The notes: generated from the sequence alone by a model not told the origin. DNA of 53,542 bases from a virus (IMGVR_UViG_3300010354_000121:1-53542), one strand, 5' to 3'; shown: positions 37,993-47,396, numbered from the stretch's first letter. Made by a program: numbers and translations.

Positions 37993-39472
37993 CCCCAAAC
38001 CCATAAGTAAGACTTCCACAATCCCATATTTTCTCATAACCCATCTCACGCGCCTTCTCATACTCGGTGCAATCATAAGCCCCAATAAACTTCTTCTGAA
38101 ACCTCATGCGGTTATAACGCCTTAAACAACTACTGTCCACATAAAAATAAGAAGGCCCATTAAACCTGATTAATTCAAACCCATTTTTTTCATAAACACC
38201 ACCGCACGATATGCGTCTATCCGCATAACTAACAATAGAACCACCATAAAAACCAATAAAATACTTTAACAACTTACTAAAGCCACCAACAACAGTATAA
38301 CCACCCAGACATGAAAACCTGGATAATTCCCAATCAAAATTCTTATTAAACCTAGAGCCACTAAAGGTCATAACCGCAACCAAAGTATCCTCATAAAAAA
38401 GACCTAGTTTTACCTTACTTTTGTCTTCTCCTTGAATATGATTTTGATTTAAAAAAGAATTCTTCTCAGAAACCCCAATCTCTTTAATTAAACATTTTCT
38501 TCCATAAATCCTCTCATTTAGACCTAATTTACTCTTTATGATGTTCTTAACAATATCTTCTTTAAACTTCCACTCATCACTAAAAAATTGAAGTAATTGA
38601 ATACCTTGCTTTTCACATTCAATAGTTTTTTGTAAGTGATAATTTCTTCCTTTAATAAGTCCCTCTTTTTCTTCCCATGGTCTATAAAGATGTGAATAGA
38701 GCCCATTATACTCAATGGCAATCTTTTTATCAGGTATAAAAATATCCAATTCCTTACCATTAAGAATAAACCTATTTGACTGCTGGATCTCGCCTTTATA
38801 AACCTCACTCAACCAATTGTAGAGGTTGTTTTCCTCTTTAGAGATCTTTTTGATTTTTCTCTCATAAAAATTACTAGGTCTCGCCTGGATCTTATGGACA
38901 ACCATCCACCTAGATACAGTTCCTTTTGTTGTATTAAGATTTTCGGCTATTTGTTCGGTGGTTAGTCCCGATTCATAAAGACCTGATAATTCTTCTCTCG
39001 ATTGAAGGATTTTATTTGCATTGACGTTTCTTTGCCGTGCATCAAACAGATCAATAAGACCGAATTCTTTTAATTTGTTTCTGATTGAAACCTCTCCAAT
39101 TTTTAGGTCTTTTGCAATCTGTTCTACTGATTTTTGAAGAACAATTCTCTGGTGGTATAAGTCTTCTTTGGTGATACTAGGAGTTTTGTTTTTTAAGGAA
39201 TGATTGTTATTATAAAATTTCCTAAATCCTTGTTCTGGATTCGTTTGGTTAAGAGCGGCTGGTAAACCGCAACCGCACTTGCAAAGAGGTGGAGCGTTTA
39301 TATCATTTAAGAGAACGTAGACTCTGTGCTTGTTTCTTACTTTAGTATAGTGTTCGTCTAAAAAGGAAGTTTGATCTTCTAAGGTACTAATAAAATCCTG
39401 ATTTCTACAAAGCCGTATAAATAGATTAGAATCACTCCAGGAATCTTTTAGGAGTTGTTTAAATTTATTCAT
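37970..39472 (-). CDS. Hef-like / very-short-patch-type endonuclease with Zn-ribbon, HTH and GNAT-like C-terminal domain
   Basis: CKCGCG; two HTH-like segments (EQIAKDL, EQIAENL); ELDIFIPDKKIAIEYNG; C-terminal WELSRF...IVSYADRR...IWDCG. Confidence 0.7.
   Translation of the reverse strand: MNKFKQLLKDSWSDSNLFIRLCRNQDFISTLEDQTSFLDEHYTKVRNKHRVYVLLNDINAPPLCKCGCGLPAALNQTNPEQGFRKFYNNNHSLKNKTPSITKEDLYHQRIVLQKSVEQIAKDLKIGEVSIRNKLKEFGLIDLFDARQRNVNANKILQSREELSGLYESGLTTEQIAENLNTTKGTVSRWMVVHKIQARPSNFYERKIKKISKEENNLYNWLSEVYKGEIQQSNRFILNGKELDIFIPDKKIAIEYNGLYSHLYRPWEEKEGLIKGRNYHLQKTIECEKQGIQLLQFFSDEWKFKEDIVKNIIKSKLGLNERIYGRKCLIKEIGVSEKNSFLNQNHIQGEDKSKVKLGLFYEDTLVAVMTFSGSRFNKNFDWELSRFSCLGGYTVVGGFSKLLKYFIGFYGGSIVSYADRRISCGGVYEKNGFELIRFNGPSYFYVDSSCLRRYNRMRFQKKFIGAYDCTEYEKAREMGYEKIWDCGSLTYGFGVDKFGDI
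39416..39423 (+). promoter_or_regulatory. Late promoter TATAAATA for gp3, inside the opposite-strand endonuclease ORF
   Basis: Exact consensus 59 nt upstream of the gp3 ATG. Confidence 0.6.
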
Positions 39473-39482
39473 GTGAATTATA

Positions 39483-40025
39483 ATGGTAAATCTTCCTTAT
39501 GCTCAACCTGGACGGAACCAGGTAGAAAACAGAAACTTCCTCCAACCAACCCAGTTTTTGTTTACCCTGAATAAGGCACCCAAGGTCTCGTTTTATTCTA
39601 ACACATCAAACATCCCATCGATGACCTTGGGTCTGGCCGATTATCCGACTCCTTATAAAGACCTTTATGAACCAGGAGACAAAATAACATTTGAGGATTT
39701 TAACCTTAAGTTTTTGGTTGACGAGAATCTTGAGAACTATTTAGAGATCTATAAATGGATCAAGGGTCTTGGCTACCCAGAAAGTCTAGACCAAATTTAT
39801 GATTTAAGAAGAAGCGAAGGAGGTCTTTATTCTGACGGAACCCTTCAGGTCCTAAACAGTAATCAACGTCCAAACTTTATGGTTAAATACTACGATCTGT
39901 TTCCTTATGGTCTGACAACCTTATTGTTTGACTCGACTCTTACGGATTCAGATCCATTTACTGCAGAAGTAAAATTTAAATACACTTATTTTGAAATTGT
40001 AGATCCGACAGGAAACCCTTTATGA
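39483..40025 (+). CDS. gp3: Tail tube terminator / completion protein gp3
   Basis: NRNFLQPTQF, PGDKITFEDF, FLVDENLENYLEIYKWI; upstream of uvsY. Confidence 0.85.
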   Translation: MVNLPYAQPGRNQVENRNFLQPTQFLFTLNKAPKVSFYSNTSNIPSMTLGLADYPTPYKDLYEPGDKITFEDFNLKFLVDENLENYLEIYKWIKGLGYPESLDQIYDLRRSEGGLYSDGTLQVLNSNQRPNFMVKYYDLFPYGLTTLLFDSTLTDSDPFTAEVKFKYTYFEIVDPTGNPL

Positions 40026-40447
40026 AACTAAACGAAATTGAGGCCATGTGGAAAGAGGATTCAGAAATGGATCCAGATAATCTACATGAAGAGGCCCTTA
40101 GAATTCCTATGCTTCACAGCAAATACCATGAAATCCAAAATAGATTTTATGAGCTAAAAAAGGAATTTGAGACCAAGTATAATAATCTATATACCGAGAA
40201 GACTCTTTATTATTTGGGGAAGGCCGATCCGGCAGTATATGATGAAAAACCATTTCCTCATAAAGTACTAAAAAACGACATTCCACTTTACCTAAATTCA
40301 GACGAAGAACTAGTAAAACTAAAAACTAGGGTTGATTATTGTTCTCATGTTATGGGGTATCTCACTGATATCCTGAAGATGATTCACAATCGATCATTCC
40401 AAATCCGAGATAGCATCGAATGGAGTAAATTTATCGCAGGTCAGTAA
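40022..40447 (+). CDS. uvsY: Recombination mediator UvsY
   Basis: MWKEDSEMD, IPMLHSKY, IHNRSFQIRDSIEW. Confidence 0.88.
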   Translation: MKLNEIEAMWKEDSEMDPDNLHEEALRIPMLHSKYHEIQNRFYELKKEFETKYNNLYTEKTLYYLGKADPAVYDEKPFPHKVLKNDIPLYLNSDEELVKLKTRVDYCSHVMGYLTDILKMIHNRSFQIRDSIEWSKFIAGQ

Positions 40448-41913
40448 TGTCTGATGTAATCATTGAAAAAAAGAACGAAGTATTTGTTAAACTAGTTTGT
40501 GAGCCACATGTTCTTTATGAGCTGGCTCCTCACTTTACCTTTGAGGTTCCAGGGGCCAAATTTTCACCGGCCTATAAAAGAGGTGGCTGGAATGGACAAA
40601 TATGCTTACTATCAAAAACAACCGGAGAAATTTATGCAGGATTGCTTGATAAGGTAATCGCCAAAATAAAGGCCTACGGGTATTCTTACGAGTTCAGAAA
40701 TAGCAAGTATTACGGGTGTCCTTTTGAGATTAATGAAGAAATAACCAAAGAAGGTGTTTCTGGTTTTGTCAAGGCCATTGGTAAAAAAAGTGGTCTTGAT
40801 CCTTATGACTACCAGATTGATACTGTTTATGAATGCCTAAGATACAATAGAAAAACTGTATTATCGGCTACTTCCTCTGGTAAGTCTTTTATGATTTACT
40901 GTATCTCAAAATATTACCTGATGAAGGGGTTAAGGATCCTTTGCGTTTTTCCGACTACTGGTCTGATTCATCAAATGTACAAGGACTGGGCGGATTATGG
41001 ATACGACTCAGAAGAGAATATTCATATGATTTATTCTGGTCAAAATCATAAAACCGACATGCCGGTTACTTTTTCAACCTGGCAAAGTATAAGCGATAAC
41101 CCAAAGTCTTTTTATGATAATTATGACGTTATTATGGTTGATGAATGCCATGGAGTAAAATCCAAGAGTCTGATCAACATTATGAAAAATGCCCATAATG
41201 TAAAATATCGTTTTGGCTTTACTGGAACCCTGACAAATAATGACGACGGAAAGGCCGTTAACGAGCTTACGATTACAGGGCTTTTTGGTCAATCATATAA
41301 GGCAATTAATACCAAAGAACTTATCGAAAAAGGAAGAGCCGCAAAACTTGATATTAAATGTTTGGTGTTAAAACATAAAGAACAAAGATTTGAAACTTAT
41401 GAAGACGAAGTTCAGTACTTAATTTCTAATGAGAATAGAAATAATTACTTACGAAATCTTGCATTAAGTCTAAAAGGAAATACTCTCTTGATTTTTTCAA
41501 GAGTAGAAACTCACGGACAAGTTCTTTACGATTTGATTAATGAAAAATCGGCTGGTGGTAGAAAAGTCTTCTTTGTTCATGGTGGTGTTGTTGCCAAAGA
41601 AAGAGAGGAAGTCCGTGGAATTGTTGAAAGAGAAAACAATGCAATTATATGCGCTTCTTATGGAGTTTTTAGTACGGGAATTTCGATTAAAAACCTGAAT
41701 AACATTATCTTCGGTTTTCCAAGTAAAGGAAAAATCAGGGTTCTTCAAACAATTGGTCGAGGACTCAGAAAATCCAAAACAAAGGATAAGTGTGTTTTAT
41801 ATGATATTGCTGATGATTGTGGAAAGAATTATACCTTAAACCACTTTATAGAAAGAGTTAAACTTTATAATGAAGAAGAGTTTGAGTACGATATTTATAA
41901 AATAGATTTATAG
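40447..41913 (+). CDS. uvsW: DNA helicase UvsW
   Basis: SF2 motifs TSSGKS, VDECH, GFTGT, QTIGRGLR. Confidence 0.93.
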   Translation: MSDVIIEKKNEVFVKLVCEPHVLYELAPHFTFEVPGAKFSPAYKRGGWNGQICLLSKTTGEIYAGLLDKVIAKIKAYGYSYEFRNSKYYGCPFEINEEITKEGVSGFVKAIGKKSGLDPYDYQIDTVYECLRYNRKTVLSATSSGKSFMIYCISKYYLMKGLRILCVFPTTGLIHQMYKDWADYGYDSEENIHMIYSGQNHKTDMPVTFSTWQSISDNPKSFYDNYDVIMVDECHGVKSKSLINIMKNAHNVKYRFGFTGTLTNNDDGKAVNELTITGLFGQSYKAINTKELIEKGRAAKLDIKCLVLKHKEQRFETYEDEVQYLISNENRNNYLRNLALSLKGNTLLIFSRVETHGQVLYDLINEKSAGGRKVFFVHGGVVAKEREEVRGIVERENNAIICASYGVFSTGISIKNLNNIIFGFPSKGKIRVLQTIGRGLRKSKTKDKCVLYDIADDCGKNYTLNHFIERVKLYNEEEFEYDIYKIDL

Positions 41914-42060
41914 TCTTTGAGATTCTAACCCGGTTACTTGAACTCCTCTATCAATCATATTTTTCATTGCGGCCTGGGCCGTTCCTAGGGTGAAATAAAC
42001 AGCGAACATTTGTTTGTCCATGTATTTGTACCCAACCTTATAAAATTCAAAGTGGTCCAT
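41908..42060 (-). CDS. Hypothetical 50-aa protein (not in ORF track)
   Basis: Hand translation MDHFEFYKVGYKYMDKQMFAVYFTLGTAQAAMKNMIDRGVQVTGLESQRL; fills the gap and overlaps both neighbours. Confidence 0.45.
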   Translation of the reverse strand: MDHFEFYKVGYKYMDKQMFAVYFTLGTAQAAMKNMIDRGVQVTGLESQRL

Positions 42061-42331
42061 TCCCTGTCTTTTTGAGAATGTAAATTAAACTGTCCAATGC
42101 TTGAATTGTATCATAAATTGAATGTCCGGTAAAATTTGTATCCCCAGGGAACAATTTAGCCTCTTCTAAAAGACCGGCCTTTACAGCCTCATATTTTTGT
42201 ATTAAGGAGTCAATAAAGGCCTCTGGGTCTTCACATTCTAAGGAAACCTCTTGATAGGGCTCTTTATGGAACTCAGGGATTTTTATGTTGTAGGTCGATC
42301 CATCTGCTCTATGGACTGTTATGTTCGTCAT
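42047..42331 (-). CDS. Hypothetical protein
   Basis: 94-aa ORF in the minus-strand cluster downstream of a sigma70 promoter. Confidence 0.6.
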   Translation of the reverse strand: MTNITVHRADGSTYNIKIPEFHKEPYQEVSLECEDPEAFIDSLIQKYEAVKAGLLEEAKLFPGDTNFTGHSIYDTIQALDSLIYILKKTGNGPL

Positions 42332-42432
42332 TAGAGTGGAGGGATATTAAGAACTAGAACTACTTGCCAACAGAAAATAAGTGTGTTAAAAGAATTTAAA
42401 ATATTAATGGTAGAAAGAGAAATATTTTTCAT
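42331..42432 (-). CDS. Possible 33-aa hydrophobic peptide
   Basis: MKNISLSTINILNSFNTLIFCWQVVLVLNIPPL; ATGA overlap upstream and TAATG overlap downstream. Confidence 0.35.
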   Translation of the reverse strand: MKNISLSTINILNSFNTLIFCWQVVLVLNIPPL

Positions 42433-42719
42433 GGTGTTTTTGGTGGTGGTTCAGGATTTCCTTGTTGTTTTATAGGTTGATAGCCGCCATTAAAATACTG
42501 GCCTTTAGGGATAATTTCTGGTTTAGGGGTTAATGGCCCATCTCTATTATGATTTCTTTGTACGGGGCTTTCATCGAGCCTTAACAATTTCTTAAGTTTT
42601 AGTGGAGGTGGACCTTTTGGCCGATTATAGTTTCCATAAGACCTTCTCTTTGGCGAAGAATTTTGACCTATTATGATTCCTATACCAATAAAAACGGCGC
42701 AGATAAAAATTAATTCCAT
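42429..42719 (-). CDS. Small membrane-anchored Pro/Lys-rich protein
   Basis: N-terminal hydrophobic helix LIFICAVFIGIGIIIG followed by a basic Pro-rich tail. Confidence 0.6.
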   Translation of the reverse strand: MELIFICAVFIGIGIIIGQNSSPKRRSYGNYNRPKGPPPLKLKKLLRLDESPVQRNHNRDGPLTPKPEIIPKGQYFNGGYQPIKQQGNPEPPPKTP

Positions 42720-43022
42720 TTACACTTCAGAGTCTTCCAGATCCTCAGATTCTTCTACCTCATCTGGTTCTTCCACTTCTTCAGGATCCTCAGAACCAAC
42801 ACTCATTACGGAGGTATCAGGGGCATTATTGTAGAAATTACAATTAGAAACATTGGCCACTGGACCAGAGACACTGGCCAAATCACAAATGGCCGAAATA
42901 GCCCTGGCGTTTTCTACTACTGCATTGGCTAGTGCAACTATGGCCTGGGATTCCTCATAAGAAATCCGAGTGGACTTATCGACATGGTTGCTTACATGAA
43001 AAAGGCTTTTAAGATTAGACAT
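42720..43022 (-). CDS. Hypothetical protein with acidic tail
   Basis: 100 aa; first gene after the minus-strand sigma70 promoter. Confidence 0.6.
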   Translation of the reverse strand: MSNLKSLFHVSNHVDKSTRISYEESQAIVALANAVVENARAISAICDLASVSGPVANVSNCNFYNNAPDTSVMSVGSEDPEEVEEPDEVEESEDLEDSEV

Positions 43023-43046
43023 TATAAAAATTTATTGGACTTGCGT

Positions 43047-43075
43047 ATAATACACTTTTTATTTGAATTTGTCAA
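43047..43075 (-). promoter_or_regulatory. Sigma70-type early promoter
   Basis: Minus strand TTGACA-17 nt-TATTAT, 24 nt before the ATG at 43022. Confidence 0.7.
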
Positions 43076-43140
43076 CTACCCTTGTGCCAATTTCTTGATT
43101 GTCATATACCCACTTGACTTTTTCAGGAATGGGTCTAGGA

Positions 43141-43241
43141 TCGGTTTGTCGGTTTGATGGATATGTTCTAGTATTAATTAATACTTAATAATTATCAGAT
43201 AATTCTAGTGTCTGCTTCGCAGATGTTTCCTTCAGAAACAT
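43141..43241. repeat. Cluster of a direct repeat, AT-rich palindromes and hairpins
   Basis: TCGGTTTG x2 (43141-43156); AGTATTAATTAATACT (43170-43185); AATTATC-A-GATAATT (43190-43204); hairpins at 43211-43223 and 43223-43241. Confidence 0.7.
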
Positions 43242-43256
43242 AAAACTAAAACTTGT

Positions 43257-43661
43257 TTAATCCGAAGGATTGTTCTCCGAAGGAGAACTATTCAATAACT
43301 GTTCTAGTTTATTTCTCATAATATTCACATTAGAAACATATCCTTGTTTTTTACTTAATTTTTCTTCATAAGGATCTACATAACCAATCATATTCTTTTT
43401 AGCTATAAACTTTAGATGGTAATTAATAATATCTTTGTCCTTACATTCACTTAAGGTGATAATATTATTTCGATTAACAATAAACATGTCATCATCAGCT
43501 GTCTTTAACCAAGGTTCGATTTTATAACCATAATCACCATTCATTGTCTTAATATCGGTAATAATAACCGGTTCATAAAGCATCAAGAAATCTTTTTCTG
43601 GTAGGACAATAGCGAAAATCTCCTCTCCAGTCGTTAGCTTGATTGTAGCAGGAAAATCCAT
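43257..43661 (-). CDS. Conserved cyanophage hypothetical protein (Sm-like fold suspected)
   Basis: ATIKLTTGEEIFA and KIEPWLK motifs; ATG at 43661 preferred because a minus-strand CTAAATA lies at 43685-43691. Confidence 0.65.
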   Translation of the reverse strand: MDFPATIKLTTGEEIFAIVLPEKDFLMLYEPVIITDIKTMNGDYGYKIEPWLKTADDDMFIVNRNNIITLSECKDKDIINYHLKFIAKKNMIGYVDPYEEKLSKKQGYVSNVNIMRNKLEQLLNSSPSENNPSD

Positions 43662-43696
43662 TGGTGTCAAGTCTTCGTTACCCTTATTTAGGGGGC

Positions 43697-43736
43697 TTGA
43701 CAAAATCTGGTTTTGGCGCTACAATTTCACTAAATA
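43697..43736 (+). promoter_or_regulatory. Sigma70-type promoter plus late promoter for gp55
   Basis: TTGACA-17 nt-TACAAT (43697-43725) followed by CTAAATA (43730-43736). Confidence 0.7.
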
Positions 43737-43751
43737 CCAATTAAAGGAAAA

Positions 43752-44249
43752 ATGATTACAACAGCAGTAATGTCAAAGAAAAGACGCCCATCGCATTACG
43801 TCAACAATAAAGAGTTCTTAGATGCGCTAGTTCAGTATAAATTAGACTGTAAAAAGGCAGCCGAGAATAATGAAAAGAGACCACAAATTCCAAGGTACAT
43901 AGGAGAATGTTTTCTTGATATTGCAACAAGATTTGGTTATCAGGGAAATTATGCAAATTATTCCTTTAAAGAAGACCTGATTTCTGATGCAGTCGAAAAT
44001 ATGTCTAGGTACATCCTAAACTTTGATCCAGAAAAATCAACCAATCCTTTTGCCTACTTCACACAGATCACTTATTATGCTTACTTGAGGCGGATTAAAA
44101 TCGAGAAGAAAGAATCCGAAAAGAAATCAATGATTATTGAGAGACTGAATTTTAGTGAAGTCATGTTTGATGATGGGGAATGCACTGATAATTATTCTGA
44201 TTATTCTTCTATTCGTGATAATGTTTACTTAAGGAATCGAATTCAATGA
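43752..44249 (+). CDS. gp55: Late-transcription sigma factor gp55
   Basis: HYVNNKEFL, YIGECFLDIA, NFDPEKSTNPFAYFTQITYYAYLRRI. Confidence 0.93.
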   Translation: MITTAVMSKKRRPSHYVNNKEFLDALVQYKLDCKKAAENNEKRPQIPRYIGECFLDIATRFGYQGNYANYSFKEDLISDAVENMSRYILNFDPEKSTNPFAYFTQITYYAYLRRIKIEKKESEKKSMIIERLNFSEVMFDDGECTDNYSDYSSIRDNVYLRNRIQ

Positions 44250-44398
44250 ACTTACAAAGTGAAAAAAGACAAATTAAGATAAGAGAAGACAAAAGGAAAG
44301 TGATGATCGAAAAGCTGTTTACAAAATTAGAATCTTCTGAGGACAGGGCGCTTTTATTGCTCTTGGTTCAGTCTTATAAGGACGAGATCGATGGCTAA
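44246..44398 (+). CDS. Hypothetical 50-aa protein (not in ORF track)
   Basis: MNLQSEKRQIKIREDKRKVMIEKLFTKLESSEDRALLLLLVQSYKDEIDG; overlaps the gp55 stop and the gp47 start. Confidence 0.55.
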   Translation: MNLQSEKRQIKIREDKRKVMIEKLFTKLESSEDRALLLLLVQSYKDEIDG

Positions 44399-45422
44399 AA
44401 TATGTTGTATAACGGACACCCATTACTGCGCGAGGAAGTCTTCCAAACTCTTTCAGGATTATTTTGAACTGTTTTATAAAAACATCTTCTTTCCTACATT
44501 AGAAAAAGAAGGAATCAAAACAGTTCTTCATTTGGGTGATGCTTTTGATAATAGAAGATCCATTGATTTTGAAGGTCTGGAATGGACCCAGAGAGTTGTC
44601 TTTGAACCTCTTAGGAATTATGAGGTTCATATGATTACAGGTAACCACGATGTTACCATGAAGAATTCTAATAAACTAAATTCCCCTTCACTCCTTCTTC
44701 ATCAATATAAAAACATCCACGTTTATTCAGACCCAACAGAAGTCAATGTAGAAGGACTGGATATTCTCTTTATTCCCTGGATAAACACTGAGAACGAGGA
44801 ATCTGTCTATAAGGCCGTTAAAGGCTCTTCTGCGCGGCTTGCAGTGGCCCATCTGGAGCTAAATGGATTCGTTGCCCATAGAGGGCATGTTATGGAAGAT
44901 TCAAGAGATCCTCAACCGTTTTTAAAATTTGAAAAAGTCTTTTCTGGTCATTATCACACTCGATCTGATAATGGAAAAATCTTTTATCTAGGTAATCCTT
45001 ATGAGATCTACTTCAATGATGTTGACGACGTAAGGGGATTTACTATTTTTGATACGGAAACCCTAGAGCACGAACATGTAAATAATCCTTACAAGTTGCA
45101 TTATCAAATTGTCTATGACGAGGACAAGATTTTCATCCCAAAAGACCTAGAAGGAAAACTTGTAAGAGTAATTGTAAGAAACAAAAAAGATGTAAGGAAG
45201 TTTGAGAAGTTTATTGAAAAAATAAATGATCAGGGTCCTTATGAAATGAAGGTAGTTGAAAATCTTGAATTTTCTACTATTGGTTCTTTAGAAAATATTG
45301 AAAGTGAAGATACCATGAGCATTTTACATTCCTACATTGATGAGACAGACGTTACTTTAGATAAGACAAAAGTTAAAAATATTATCAACGACATTTATAA
45401 GTCCGCACTGGATATGGTATGA
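44391..45422 (+). CDS. gp47: Recombination endonuclease subunit gp47 (Mre11/SbcD-like)
   Basis: Phosphoesterase motifs DTH, GDAFD, GNHD, SGHYH. Confidence 0.92.
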   Translation: MAKICCITDTHYCARKSSKLFQDYFELFYKNIFFPTLEKEGIKTVLHLGDAFDNRRSIDFEGLEWTQRVVFEPLRNYEVHMITGNHDVTMKNSNKLNSPSLLLHQYKNIHVYSDPTEVNVEGLDILFIPWINTENEESVYKAVKGSSARLAVAHLELNGFVAHRGHVMEDSRDPQPFLKFEKVFSGHYHTRSDNGKIFYLGNPYEIYFNDVDDVRGFTIFDTETLEHEHVNNPYKLHYQIVYDEDKIFIPKDLEGKLVRVIVRNKKDVRKFEKFIEKINDQGPYEMKVVENLEFSTIGSLENIESEDTMSILHSYIDETDVTLDKTKVKNIINDIYKSALDMV

Positions 45423-45694
45423 TGTTTGTTATTACATTAGCAAGTGGTAATGAAAAAGGAGCCTTTTCGGTTATTAATGAAATGGGTGAAAAGGTTATTT
45501 TGTTTTTTGAGGACAAAGATGATGCAGAGCGATATGTTTTAATGCTTAACGAAATGGGTATTAATGATTTGAACGTTATTGAGCACGATGAAGAGATGTT
45601 AATAAAAACCTGTAAATTAATCGGGTTTAAGTATTCTAAAATTAGTAGTCATGATTTTGTAATTCCACCAGGTTATCCAGATGATAGTTTTTAA
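45419..45694 (+). CDS. Conserved cyanophage hypothetical protein
   Basis: LFFEDKDDAERY motif; between gp47 and gp46. Confidence 0.65.
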   Translation: MMFVITLASGNEKGAFSVINEMGEKVILFFEDKDDAERYVLMLNEMGINDLNVIEHDEEMLIKTCKLIGFKYSKISSHDFVIPPGYPDDSF

Positions 45695-47396
45695 AAAAGC
45701 CAGGGCCAAGAATTTTCTTTCGATTGGCAATAATTTTCTTGAGTATGATTTAAACGTTGATAACATGACCCTTTATAAGGGCAAAAATTCTATGGGTAAA
45801 TCTATTTTATCCAGCATTTTGGCCTTTGCTCTTTTTAAAAAGCCTTACAGACAGGTCAACATCCCTCAACTGGTCAATAACATCAACAAAAAGGACTGTA
45901 TTGTTGAACTAGAATTTCAGATCAATAAGACCGAATGGAAAGTCGTAAGGGGTCTGGCCCCTGCAGTGTTTGAGATTTATAAAAACGGTGAATTGCTCGA
46001 TCAACATTCTTCCGTAATTGAGCAGCAAAAATGGTTTGAGCAAAATGTCCTAAGGATGAACTTTAAGACGTTTACCCAGATCATTGTTCTTGGCACCGCA
46101 AACTTTATTCCTTTCATGCAATTAAGCCCTTCTGACAGAAGAGAAGTGATAGAAGAACTTCTTGATATTAAAGTCTTTTCTTCAATGAACGTGTTGGTTA
46201 AAGACAACATAAAGAGCCTTAAGGATAACATTAAATTACTTCGGGTCAAAGAAGTTGGCCTTGAAGAAAAGATCGAACTCCAGCAAGAATTCATCGAGCA
46301 GATCAAACAAAAAGACTCTGCAAACCTTCAGGATAAAAAAGACAAGATCAAGAAGTATCAAGAGTTTATTACGGAACTTTATAATGAAAACAAGGCCCAT
46401 ACAGACGAGTTGAATTCTATTAACGAGGAATTGAAACAATACCTAAAGGCCTCGTCCCAATTGAAGAAGATGGGTTCTATAAAAGGAAAACTGACCCAGA
46501 AGTTAGAATCTCTAAAAGAGAACCATGCATTTTTTGAGCACAATGACGTTTGCCCTACTTGTTCCCAGGATATTTCTCCTGAGGTCAAAGAACAAAAGTT
46601 AAAGGAATCTGAAGAAAAGATTGAAGAAGTATCTAAGGGTTATTCAGATCTTATTCAGACCATAAAGGCCGAACAAAAGAAAGAAAAGAAGTTTTTGGAA
46701 TTATCCAATCAGATTTCTGTATTAAATCAGAAGATTTCTGAAAACCAGGCGACCATGAATCAATACACTAAAATAATTGTTGAGATCCAGGGTGAAATTA
46801 AGTCCATGAGTAAGGTTGATGATCTTCAAGAAGAAAATGCAAAGTTAGAATATTTTTATGAAGAACTCCATAAGATAAAGAATGAAATTATTAGTAATAT
46901 AGACCAGTCTCAGTATTATGATTTTGTTGGTAATCTGTTAAAAGATGGTGGGGTCAAGACAGTTATTATTAATAAATATCTTCCTTTAATTAACCAGAAG
47001 GTTAATGAATACCTGAGGATGATGGACCTTTACATTAATTTTACCTTGGATGGTGAGTTTAATGAAACGATCCTGACAAATACTTTTGAAAACTTTACTT
47101 ATGGTAACTTTTCAGAAGGTCAAAAACAACGGATCAATCTGGCCCTGACTTTTGCATTGATGTCGGTTGCCGCAATGAAGAATTCGGTTAATACGAATTT
47201 GCTGATTCTTGATGAGATTCTTGATGGTTCGATGGATGCCGAAGGGATTTCTATGTTTTTGGGTATTATCAGGAAAGAGATGAAGGACAAGAATATCTTT
47301 ATGATATCGCATCGTGACAATTTGGACAGTAAGTTCGATAAAATTATTCTTTTTGCGAAAAAGGGACACTTTACGTTTAAAGAACAGATTTGCTAA
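45681..47396 (+). CDS. gp46: Recombination ATPase gp46 (Rad50/SbcC-like)
   Basis: KNFLSIGN, Walker A GKNSMGKS, CPTC zinc hook, FSEGQK signature, LILDE Walker B. Confidence 0.93.
   Translation: MIVFKKARAKNFLSIGNNFLEYDLNVDNMTLYKGKNSMGKSILSSILAFALFKKPYRQVNIPQLVNNINKKDCIVELEFQINKTEWKVVRGLAPAVFEIYKNGELLDQHSSVIEQQKWFEQNVLRMNFKTFTQIIVLGTANFIPFMQLSPSDRREVIEELLDIKVFSSMNVLVKDNIKSLKDNIKLLRVKEVGLEEKIELQQEFIEQIKQKDSANLQDKKDKIKKYQEFITELYNENKAHTDELNSINEELKQYLKASSQLKKMGSIKGKLTQKLESLKENHAFFEHNDVCPTCSQDISPEVKEQKLKESEEKIEEVSKGYSDLIQTIKAEQKKEKKFLELSNQISVLNQKISENQATMNQYTKIIVEIQGEIKSMSKVDDLQEENAKLEYFYEELHKIKNEIISNIDQSQYYDFVGNLLKDGGVKTVIINKYLPLINQKVNEYLRMMDLYINFTLDGEFNETILTNTFENFTYGNFSEGQKQRINLALTFALMSVAAMKNSVNTNLLILDEILDGSMDAEGISMFLGIIRKEMKDKNIFMISHRDNLDSKFDKIILFAKKGHFTFKEQIC

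Noticed and set aside
43662-43703. Longer start for the minus-strand ORF at 43703
   Set aside because: It runs through the divergent promoter region; the late promoter position supports the ATG at 43661.
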